Of a stretch of DNA of 64,000 bases, positions 1 through 10,988 are shown in pieces (position 1 is the first letter of the stretch; every line of letters starts with the position of its first letter). The stretch spans positions 17,732,001-17,796,000 of the forward strand of contig NC_045727.1 of NCBI RefSeq assembly GCF_009834535.1, written 5' to 3'. The notes beneath the pieces were generated by a model, which was not told the DNA's origin, did not search any database, and saw only the letters and a list, made by a program, of their open reading frames with translations. The DNA is from Camelus ferus (lineage: Eukaryota). Made by a program: the position numbers and the translations under genes.

Positions 1-3000
1 CTTGTTTTTTCTTTTATATCTTTGTGAAAGTATTATGAAGCTTACAATATCACTGGAAAAAAAATCTTGACATCTGGGTCACAATTTACATAGGGAATTT
101 TGCATACTGTTGTTAGTTCTGGCAACTTTTTTGTCTTTGGACCAAAAGTTAGAAGGGGAATTTTGTTCAGTACCTGTGCTTTGTGCTCAGTGATGCTCCA
201 TTTTAGCCACTTCTGCTGCGGGAAGCCTCCGATGATGATGGGGAGTCACACTGGGTGGATGGACCATGTCTAGCTCCTTCTCTGCCTGGCCTGGAAGCTT
301 CTTCCTTTCCCTTGACAGATGCCTGGGATCCCTGAATTTTATGATTCATATGAGTCTTCATGAGTTCTGCTGTGTAGGGCCAACAAGATGAGAGCTGGAA
401 AGTTTTTCTCCTTCTGCATCATGATGGGAGATAATTGGTTTGCTCTTCTCCCTGAACCAAAATCCAGGAAGGCTGTGGGAGCAATGTAGGTTTTGAAATC
501 AGGCAGATATTATTTCTACCCCCAGCCCTTCCAGTTTCTTGCTGTGTTGATTTTGGTCAAGTCACTTATTCTGAGCCTCAAGTGCCTCATCTGTAAAATG
601 AGGACCATTCCAACCTTTAAAGATTGCTATGACCACCGGGTGAAATAAAAGTGAGAAAACACATAGCACAGGGCCTATTATGGAGTGGTGGCAAAGCACC
701 CTCCTTCCTAAAATGAAAACTCCTTGATTCACTCTGAGCAGCACCCAACTCGAGCTATTTGAATTTCCAGCAGCTCACAGGAGCCTTTGGTGATGGCTAA
801 AAATAGCCGGTTTGAATTCTCCTCGGACAGGTAGGCTCTTTGTGTAATTCAATCTGTCTCTGATTGTAGGTAGCCATTAACAGCTCCCAGCTCACTGTCT
901 TTCCTCCTCACTGGCATCTTTAATGCAGTGGAGCTTGGCCTAATTACCCAGGGGGTGGTGGCCTCTTTCAAACCAAGGAGAACTCTTCCACGCCTGCCTT
1001 TAAGCTGATGCCTGGTGGCATTTACCTCATTTTTGTGAAGCCCCAGAACAAAGAGATGATGGACTTCAGAGATACTTGCAGCTGGTTCCGGGCCATTTTT
1101 CATCTGCCCCCAGCAAAGAGAGCTGGTGAACAGCAGCTCTGCTCGCCTCTTGCTAGTAAAAACCCCTAGCTGTCGAGGTCATGCACTATCCCAGCTGGCC
1201 TGGCAATGAAGAGCTGACATTCTCAGAATATGGGGCACAGGCTTCTGTGATCCTTGGACCCCTACTATGGAGACTGAGAGGGTTTCTGGGAAATTCAGGT
1301 GGCTGGCACGGGCTCTCTGGAGCCCAACCATGTTAGGATTCAGCAGGCCTCCTGCAGAACAGCAGAGAGGTGGGAAACCAGAATGTGATGTCAAATAAGA
1401 TTGGGGTCAGATCCCAACTCTGCTCCCTACTAGCTGTATGAGCTGGATAAGTGATCAAATCTTATTACATCTCAGGGTCTCCACCTGCAGAACAGGATAA
1501 TAGTATTGCCTGCCTCTTAGGTTGTTGTGAGGATTAATTGAGATGCAATATATGTGACACACTTAGCACTAATTACATACAGTAAACAGCTGTCATTATC
1601 ACCTTTGCTGCTACTCTTCAGCAAGGGTTGGTCATTAAGAAGATACTACTCAGGATTGCTGCTATTGGCCATAGGCTGTGTACTGCACAACTCCAGGGGG
1701 CACCATTTGCACAGACTACAGGCTGTCAAGAGCAGTGGCTAGGAACTCCATGCAGGATTTCCCTTGTGAATTAAGAATGCTCAAAGATCCAAGATAGTAT
1801 GATTTGGGTTCCCCCAGATAGAAGGATGGGAGCTTTGGTTTACTTGAGAGGTGACCCCAGGATGCATCTCCAGGGGAGTGTAGAAGTGAGACAGAGAAGG
1901 AGCCAACACAAGCCCTGTACAATGCAGGTCACTACTGAGGACAGATGAAGCTTAATCCCACCAGGGAACCATGGGAGACAATGGAGAAGATGCTTCAGAG
2001 GTGTCTCACTGGAGGGGCAGGACGCTGCAGTATTTATCCACCAACGTTCACCCATCATTGGCTGAGAGTGTCATTAACTTACTGGCAAGTGCAGCCTGTC
2101 CCTCACAGGTCCTAGGTATTTACCGAAGGTCACTGTCAGCCTATACTGGGATGATGAGTACCAGGAGTGTATTAATGGGGCACTGAGAGTGTCTTCCACA
2201 TAGGATCTGGCCACTCTTCACATATCATGAGCAAGTGATGGAGAAGGAGTGGGAAGAGAGATTGACTGAATCCTAGTAGGTCTCAGGCGCTGAAATGCCA
2301 TTGTATGGACTTCCGTCCCAATTGTGCAGGGTAGAGATAATGATACCCATGTGTAGATAAGGAAACCAAGGCTCAGGAAGTGCAGACACCTGTCCAGGGA
2401 CACACAGCTAAGTAAGTTGCTGACTCAGGTCTGTCTGAATTTAAAACCAATGCCCTTTCTCCTGGGCATGGGAGACTTTTGCAAACAGGAAGGCATCTGC
2501 CTACTGCTATGGAAGTCCAAAATTCTTTGTATCACAGGAGAGTCTTAGGAAGGTCAAAGGATTGAGGATGACCACTTTCTTTGTTGTTATTTTCAGATGT
2601 AAGAGACAAAAGAGCCTCTTATCACTGGTGGGGAGAACCAGTGACCCATTTCACAGATGAAGTAAATGAGGGTAGCAGAAGGGTTCAATGTCTTGGTCAC
2701 TATGCATATTCTCAGTGTTCCAATCACCAAGTCATCAGTGGAGAGCAACCTGCAGAGAGAGGTGGCCTCCAGAGCTCTCTCCAGATCCCTGGGAGTCCAG
2801 CCTTTCCACTGGCCATCACAAATCCCTTTGTGAATCCACATGGCTTCCCCACTCCAAAAGCAGAATGGGCAAAACTGTAGGAAGACCTCACATCCAGCAG
2901 GTTAACTGCCCCTGGAACTAACTTTCCAAACCTGTTCCCCTGCCCATCCCCATCCCCAGTGCACACCTTGACCAAGCAGAGACTTACAGCAGAAGCTTCT

Positions 3001-3813
3001 GTTCCCTCGCTGGCCCTTTAAGTTCTGAAACCCTCACCTTACTTGGTATTCAGGGCATTCAGCTCAGATCTGCTCTCTAAGCTGGGAGGGTCAGGGACTC
3101 ATTAGCAGATGCTTAAATGTCAGAGGGAGAACTGTCTCAGCAGAGCTAGGCTTATAGAGTCTGCCTTCCTCTTCCTACCCTTGCAGTCTGGCCCCCTGGC
3201 ATCCAGGAAGGCAGGAGAAAATCACTTGGGGAGATGCCAGGGTAGGAATTCAGCCTCCTCCAAGGAGACAGATTCACGGACCTGAAAGGGATTATAGCAT
3301 CGTCCCTTGAATAGGGTCCTGGTGAGGAAGGGGCAGGTTACCAATCTGAATATAGTTCTGGAGACTCAGGGTCAAGGTCTGGGCATTTTTAGGTGCTTAA
3401 AGGGAATCAGACTCCAGTGTGGAGAGACCCCAGAGTGAGAGCCCTGACTTTGTGAATGATTCGTGGTCAAAGTGGAGTGAATATTAACGGCAAAGGAGGG
3501 AGAATAGATGTCACAGTGTTTTGAAAATGTTCAAACAGGGCTTGGGGATGGTTTCTTAAAGAGGGGTAGCTCAGAGGGTGAGAGGACTCGGAGCTCAGAT
3601 GTCCTCGGGTTGGAATCCAGGCACTGCTACTTGTCAGCTGTGTGGCCTTGGGCAAGTCACTTCCCTCTCTGAGCCTCTGTTTTCCCTTCTGTATGATGGG
3701 GAGAATGGGACCTACGTTGTTGGGATTAGGAGGATAAAGCATATCAAGTGTTGACCCAGCACCTGGCACACAGAGAACGTTCAGCAAGATCATCAAGAGT
3801 GGAAAGATCTCAG

Positions 3814-3915
3814 GGGGAGGGTATAGCTCAGTGGTAGAGTGTGTGCTTAGCATGCACAAGGTCCTGGGTTCAATCCCCAGTACCTCCATTAAGAAAAAAA
3901 AATTGTCCCTTGAAA
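3814..3915 (+). mobile_element. Camelid tRNA-Ala-derived SINE (vic-1 type), young copy
   Basis: GGGGAGGGTATAGCTCAGTGGTAGAG...GGTTCAATCCCCAGTACCTCCA plus A tail; A and B boxes intact; perfect 20-nt TSD caagagtggaaagatctcag at 3794-3813 and 3916-3935. Confidence 0.93.
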
Positions 3916-5635
3916 CAAGAGTGGAAAGATCTCAGACTTAGATTCCAGTCTCAGCTCTGCTTCTTATACGTTGGGTGACTTGTGTCAAATGGTTTCAGCC
4001 CTCTGAGCCTGGAGTTTCCCCATCTGTAAAAATGGGGATCCTCATACCGCCAGAGAGATGCAGGAGTTCAACAAGGCTGCAGGTGTGAATGGCTCAGCCT
4101 AGTTCCCGGCTGATAGCACGTGAGCAGTAAACGGCAGCTATAATGATAACAATGATATCATGATATGACTATAAGCATCTGATCTTCAGAGTAGCATTAT
4201 TATTATCGGAAGGAGCATGGACTTTGGAGATGGAGTGACCTGTTTGACAACTTTGTGACACTGGAAGCCAGAGAGCCTCCCTGACCCTCGGTTGTCTCAT
4301 CTGTCCAGTGGGGGTAGCCATGGCATGTCCCACACGTGGCTGCAAACTTTCAATGGCTTTAAAGCACCCAGCTTGGAGCCTGGCATCAATAGGGGTTCAG
4401 TAAACGCTAGTGGAGTCTAAAGAGAGAAGGCGAGTCTCCTTATTTCTGAGAGCAAGGTCAGCCTGTCTTTGTACCCTGAGCTGACTTGGCATCCAACTAA
4501 CTGAGCTTTCTGGTTAAGTGAGGGTTCGTCCACACTGCTTCCAGCCTCCCACCTCGTTGCTCTAAATCTTTAGCTTAACATCTGACTCCCCTCCCTATCC
4601 TCACCTCGTACACTATGTTCTCTGAGCATCATTAAATCTCCCTTAGGGTGACTGCACCCCTGGCCACAGGATGGGAGACTGTCCCCACAGGACACTGTGG
4701 CATTTGGGGCATGACAGCTCCTCACTTAGGGGGTGGAGGGCTGTTCTGTACAGAAGGGGATCTGCATAGTTTAACTCCCTCCCTATCATTGATATGTGGG
4801 GAAACTGAGGCCTGGAGGACCACAGCACCCAGCAGCATCACCGCCACCACTCTCACCAGCCTGGAGTGAGCGATGGGGGAACGCGGCGGAGATGGCACTG
4901 GACTGTGTGAGCCTGCGGCATGCTCTGGAAATGAGCCATTTCACCCAATTCCAGATATGTTCTCAGCTTGCTAGATTTGCCTCCACCGTGAACAACCTCA
5001 GGCTACTGGGTGCCAGGTGGTAGAGATAATCACTAGGGTGCCTCTGACAGCTGAAATTTAGAATTCTCATTCCTAGACTCCCTCCCCCTCCTCCGCCATC
5101 CTTCATATGCTTTTCTCTGCACTTAAATATAGATATACACATATAGGCTTAAAAGGGGGTTTTACACAATAGATAGACCCAGATTCAGGCATAAATGGAG
5201 GTATATGATTCTTGCAATTTGCTTCACTTTTCCCCAAGGGTTAGCCTTGTGTTTCTGAGATAATCCTTAGCACCTTTTTGCTAACGCTGGGTCCTTAGTA
5301 TTGTCACATAACCCGCCTCTTTCTGAGCCCTGTTTCTCTCACCCATAAAATAAGAGTTTACTATGGACCTCGCAGAGTTCCCAAGATGGTAAAATGAGAT
5401 GATGGTTGTAAAGTTCTCAGAGGGGTGAATCACACATAGTAGGGATTCCATAAATGGCACCTAATATTGTGCCCCTGGTTTTGAGTCACTGCACCAGCAG
5501 TGTCCTTGGTTTTATGTGAAATCTGTGCTTCTAGAAAAGTACGTACAACTCAAATTTGAGAACGATGGAACCCATTTTTAAATGGGCATCGTGAGCCTTT
5601 CAGTAAGTTTGACAGGGGCCACTATTAAGAAAACT

Positions 5636-5990
5636 TTTAAATTGAAATATAGTTGAATTACAATATTATACTAGTATCAGGGGTACAAAATAGTAATTTA
5701 ATATTTTTATAAATTATACTCCATACCAAGTTATTATGAAACATTGACTATGTGCTGTGCATTACATCCTGGTAAATGATTTATTTTATACCTACTAGTT
5801 TTTATAGCTCTTAATCCCCTTCACCTATTTAGCCCCTCCCCCAGCCCCTCCCCTCTGGTAACCACAAGTTACCTGTGTATCTGTGTACCTCTGTATCTGT
5901 GAGTCTGTTTGTGTTTTTCTGGATTTGTTCGTTTGTTTCATTTTTTTTTATTTCACATATAAGTGAAAACATAAAGCATTTATTTTTAAT
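5636..5990 (-). mobile_element. LINE-1 3' end fragment
   Basis: Typical antisense L1 3' UTR text (aattgaaatatagttga..., cccctctggtaaccac..., ttcacatataagtga). Boundaries approximate. Confidence 0.8.
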
Positions 5991-6081
5991 TTGTCTTTAT
6001 TGCATTAAAAATGCATATACACTGCCAAAAAAGTTAGCAAAGAGTTTTACACAAAGATGGAAATAAAAATTACCTATAATC

Positions 6082-6433
6082 TTATCAGTCAGAATTCTCC
6101 AGAGAAGCAGAAGGCTATACAGTAGCTATGTTAAGAGACTTATTTCAGGAATTGGCTCACACAATCGTGGAGGCTGGCAAGACTGATACCCATAGACAGA
6201 ATTCCTTCTTCTCCGGGAAACCTTGTTTTCTTCCTTTCTTATCCCTTCAACTGATTGGATGCAGCCCACCCACATTTTAGAGGGAAATCCCTTTTAAGCC
6301 TCCTTAAGGTCAACTAACTACTCATGTTAATCCCACCTACCAAAAAACCTCCCCTGCAACACTTAGACCGATGTCTGACCAAGCAACTGGGCACCACAGC
6401 CTCGCCAGGTTGACACAAAACTTCACCATCACA
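6082..6433 (-). mobile_element. MLT2-type ERVL solo LTR
   Basis: Ends in gttgacacaaaacttcaccatcaca and contains ttcaactgattggatgcagcccacccacat and aggaattggctcacacaat, matching the recalled MLT2 consensus in reverse. Confidence 0.75.
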
Positions 6434-6628
6434 CCTACTATTCTGAAAGAACCATGGTTGTTAACATATTAGTTTATGTCCCTCTAGAGATTTATATTGA
6501 GAGGTAATTTGTGTACAAAATTAATATTTTATAATATGTGGCATTTCATATTCTCAGTTTTTATTTAACATTGTACCTTGACCATGTCTTCATCTTCTCT
6601 AAAGTAACCTTTCACATCATTATTTTTG

Positions 6629-6750
6629 GTTTTTGGCGGGGGAGGGAGTAATTAGGTTTATTTATTTATTTTTAATGGAGGTGCTGGGGATCGAACCCAG
6701 GACCTTGTGCATGCGAAGCACATGCTCTACCACTGAGCTACACCCTCCCC
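6629..6750 (-). mobile_element. Camelid tRNA-Ala-derived SINE, long-tail variant
   Basis: Reverse complement gives the same tRNA-like head plus tail AATAAATAAATAAACCTAATTACTCCCTCCCC; perfect 14-nt TSD catcattatttttg at 6615-6628 and 6754-6767. Confidence 0.93.
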
Positions 6751-7856
6751 GCTCATCATTATTTTTGATGGGGCATAGAAATGCATTGTGTTGCCATTCA
6801 GTACTTGTATTTGTCCAGTATTTCACTGTTGGGCACTGAGGTTTTTCCCAGTCTTTCACGTGTTAATTTAAATAAATGCTGCAATGAGCATCCTTACTGA
6901 TAAATCTTTGTGTGATAAATCTGTACTGGATGAAAACGGTACCCACCCAAATCCTCTTTCTCATCAATGGCTCACATCTGCCCCCTTGTCAAAAAATGAC
7001 CCCTGGCCCAACAGCCTCTCCCAGGAAATTATGTCCCACAGCCAGCAATTGACAGACATTGGGGAGGGAGGCACACAGGACCAAGGTGGGACCCTTTCCT
7101 TAAAGTGGGACCAACTCCGTGGTGCAATTTACCCTCCAGGCTGCAGGTGGGACCCAGCCAAGGTCATGTGCTTACTTGGCTCCTCCCCTGCCCGGTCCTG
7201 CTCCCTGCCCCCTTCTCCTGAGAGCGTGCCCTCAGCAGAACACCATCTCTCATTCTGCTTCAAGTAAACCCAGCTTAAGACAGTATCACTGAATATTGTT
7301 TTGAGGGTGACTTCTATTGAAGAGATAACAATGGCCTCCAAATTTTCTATTGCGTAGCTGGGCTGTTTCCAGGTTAGGTTTTCTTAAAGGGAATCCCTCC
7401 GATGAATCAGTTACTTGTAGCACTGGGTGGGCAGAGATTCCTGAGGCCCAGGGTTTTTTCCCTGAGCCCAGGATGATGGGAAGGAGGGGTATCCCAGTGC
7501 TTGAGGAAGAGCAGGAGTGCCCTGGACCCTTTTCTTCCCTGCGTCTTCAAATGCCCCAGCCCTCTCCTGATGAAATCACGAAAATCCTCCGGGGCATCTA
7601 TCATTTCCCTAAATGGGGAGCTGCTCAGGTATGAGGAAGTGAGACAAAGGAATTCGGACAAAGCAAAGGGGATTATGTGGTCCAGCAAGAACATCTCAGT
7701 GGCCTGGATTCTTGGAATTATGTAGCTCATGAGTCTCTACTGTGTGACCTTGGGCAAGTCTCTTGCCTTCTCTGGGCTTCAGTTTATAAGTGCTTCCTTC
7801 AGAAGGCAGTTCTCCCAGCCTACATCTGACTATTTGTCTTCCCTCTGGCTCTCCAG

Positions 7857-7978
7857 ATGGAAGTGCGGTCTTCCGAGGCTGCTTCCGCCGGCCCGACAAC
7901 CTCTCCCTGGCCTTGCCGGTGACGGCCGCCATGCCCAACATGTCCGTGGACAAGTGTGTGGATCTCTGTACGGAGAAG
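7857..7978 (+). CDS. WSCD2: WSCD2 internal coding exon (first in window), start of second WSC domain: (Y)GSAVFRGCFRRPDNLSLALPVTAAMPNMSVDKCVDLCTEK
   Basis: Pyrimidine tract and ctccag acceptor ending at 7856; donor AAG|gtgagc at 7979; 122 nt. Translation matches the WSC-domain pattern and WSCD2 as recalled. Upstream exons are not in the window. Confidence 0.95.
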
Positions 7979-10479
7979 GTGAGCCCAGTTCTGCTCACAG
8001 AACTCTGGGGAGAGCAGTGTGGAACAGCTGGAAGAATGGAATGCTTGGCTGGAGAAGCCCCCCCCCTCCACCGGGATGAGGGAGTTCATTACTGTGATCT
8101 GTGGCGGGGGAGAGGAATGTGACCGTTTCATGTGGATCCAAAGGGTAGGGGTCCATTTCTTTCCCTCCAAGGAAGTGTGTTTGTTCTAATAGTGGGGACT
8201 GCTCAAGAATGAGGGTGACATGTGAACCTAGAAGCGTGAGTAGAAGATTGCCAGGTAAAGGCAAGGACAGCCCCACCTTGGGGTAGAGTGAGTTCTCCAT
8301 CACTGGAGGCAGGCAAGTGGAGGATGGGCAGGTGTGGCATCCAGAACTGTGGGCATTGGATAGCTGTTTGCCTGGATGATCCAACTGGATAGTCCTGTCT
8401 CAGCCTGAGACCCTTGATGGCTGACTGTTCATCCTTCCTCCCTAGCCAGACAGGGAAATACACAAGAGTGGACACTGTGCCTAAAATATTTTGTGACCAC
8501 CCCAGTACCCAGCACAGAGCTAGGCACATCGGTGGCATTCAGCGATGTCTGAGGAGCTCCATTCTTCACTCATGATGCGCTAATTACATGAGGGTCCAAA
8601 GGAGAACCATCCCTCCCACCACCACAGGAAGGTGGTTGCCCATTTCATTGACAAACTCATCTAATATTTGATGTGAACCGCCTTTGTTCCAGTCTCCTGT
8701 CTTCAGTGCTAGGGGTGCAAAGTCAACAGGACATGGTCTTTGTCCTCAGTGATGCTGGCATTTGCCTGTTTTGTGGCTCTTCCTGGCTGCTCAGCCTGCA
8801 CCCCGACCCCTGAGTGCCCCCACCTACTCTGACTCATCCTGCTTGACTCTTTCTTTCATCAAGGGTCCAAATTCATGAAGCACCTCTCAGGAAGACCGAG
8901 AGGCAGCACCACCGAGGCTACTGTTACTAAGCAGTCCTCTGTCCCACGGGTCACACAGTTTACCTCTCACAACAAGGCTAGGCAATGGGAGTTTTCATCC
9001 CCATTTCACAGACGACAAAACCAAGGCTCAGACAGGTGAAGTCACTTGCTCAAGCTCACAGCACAAGCAAGGAGCGGGACTGGGGCCGACAGCAAATCCA
9101 TGCTCTCGATTTCTGAGCTACCCCAGAGACCACACAGAGAGGGCCCCACAAGCCATTCAGGGGCAGCCAGGCAACTTCAAGTTACCCAGCACTTCCCGGG
9201 TGCTTGCTCTGTTCCCAGGAGGCATCCTGGAAGGTCAGGGGCAGAGTTCGCAAGATTAAAGGAGGTTTGATCATCTTTTTTGGTCCAGCTTTTTCTCTTG
9301 GGCTGGAATCCCCCTCTCCTATGGCGTCCCCGCCAGATGGACATTCCTCTTTCCTGGGGGTCCTGGAGGAACCTACAGATCAGCTGGAGGTGGGGGAACA
9401 AACGTGGGAGACAGTGAGGTGACAAGATCAACCAGTGTGAAACAGGGTCCAACTGTACACAGGACTGAGGGAAGCAAAGATGCGTGTGTGGGTGGGGATG
9501 CTACAGGAAGAACCCACTGCAAAACTCCCTCTACTAGTTTCCTCTAATCGCCTTGGGGATCACAGGAGGAAAATTGAGAGGATTAAGTAGACAGGCATAC
9601 AGAGCTCCTTGTGCCAAGTGGTGGAGATTTAGGGTGTCAGAGGGGGCTTCAGTGTGTGTGACCTGCTACAAAATGCCATCAGTCACAGCCCAGGCCGACC
9701 CACCTGCATAGCAGCATCTCTCTGCTCCGCTCCGTGCTGCAGTTCACATTTGACATCCGTTAGAAAGAAGCCAGACCCACCACGGTAAATCTCAGATCCA
9801 GCCCCAAAGGTGTGACCTTGGTTTGTGACCAGATTATCCCTGGCCCAGCTACCAGGGAGAATTCAGGTCCAGGAGCCTGAGTAGAAGCAAATTGGACAAA
9901 GGACAGTCCATTGCCCTGCAAATCTCAGGTCTGCCTCCTCCCACTTAGCTCTTCCATAGAACGAACAAAGCGATTAGAAGCAGCTCTCCCAGCAAAGACT
10001 GTGGCTACCCCGAAGTACCAACATCTTCTTTGGCTTAAAAGAATGGATTCAGACAGCTTTTCCCAAGGCAGGGGCTCCACATCACTGTCAGACCCAGAGG
10101 ATTTATTATGGTATAATGCATGGCTGTGAGAACAACATTTCTTTTTCAGTTTTCTTTCAAGTCCTCCAGGACAAAGTTGCTTCTCAGTGCTAAAGTGTCT
10201 TTAACACCTCTCTCCCCTCAACTAATCTCTCTTTTGCAGGAAAAAAAGGAGTCGACCTCCAGGCTCAGAGTCTTGGCAGGCAGAGTGCCTAGTTAAGAAT
10301 GTCATCCCATTGTTTTGTTTCCATAGTATTGGGGTTTATAGCATAGAAATGTGGAGAAATGCTGCTGCTTCTCCAGCACTACTTGCCGGAGTGATGTAAA
10401 GCTTCCTTTGAAATTTGAGTTTCAGAACTTCACTGACACATGAAAGAAACAAGTTAATAAATCATAGTACAGGCAAACA

Positions 10480-10636
10480 AAAAGGAACCTGGTAATTACA
10501 TGAGGTGATGGGTGTGTTAAGTCGCTTGTGGTGGTCATTTCACAATGTGGACATAGATCAAAATCTCAAGGTGTACACCTTAAATAGATGCAATTTTTAC
10601 TTGTCAATTATACTTCAAGAAAGCTGGAAAATATAA
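10480..10636 (+). mobile_element. Old LINE-1 (L1M) 3' terminal fragment
   Basis: gaggtgatgggtgtgttaa...tgtacaccttaaatagatgcaatttttacttgtcaattatacttcaa. Confidence 0.65.
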
Positions 10637-10813
10637 AAGTACAAGAGGTATACAGATAGGGAAAAAATCATAAGAGTGGGGTTTGCTAGTGATGTCTGGG
10701 GGCCCTGGAGCCGGGGAGAGTGATGGAGAATGCAAATACGGTTCTGCATCCCAAGCTGGGCTGTCCAGGGATTTGGTGGTTTTCTTCCCTTTCTCCTCCC
10801 ATCTCATCCCCAG

Positions 10814-10988
10814 GAGTACCCACTGGCGGCCCTTGCGGGCACCGCCTGCCACTGTGGGTTCCCCACCACGCGATTCCCCCTCCATGAGAGAGAGGACGAA
10901 CAGCTCTGTGCCCAGAAGTGCAGCGCGGAGGAGTTTGAGAGCTGTGGGACTCCCAGCTACTTCATCGTGTACCAGACGCAGGTCCAGG
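10814..10988 (+). CDS. WSCD2: WSCD2 coding exon, rest of WSC domain 2: EYPLAALAGTACHCGFPTTRFPLHEREDEQLCAQKCSAEEFESCGTPSYFIVYQTQVQ
   Basis: cccag acceptor ending at 10813; donor G|gtaagc at 10989; 175 nt; phase 0 start fits the previous exon; Cys spacing of a WSC domain. Confidence 0.96.

Noticed and set aside
3814-3888. Apparent tRNA-Ala genes (also at 6629, 38949, 52771, 59606)
   Set aside because: A tails, TSDs, altered acceptor stems and dispersed copies identify them as tRNA-derived SINEs.
1-7856. Search for the preceding WSCD2 exon (first WSC domain)
   Set aside because: No matching coding sequence found on inspection; the region appears entirely intronic.
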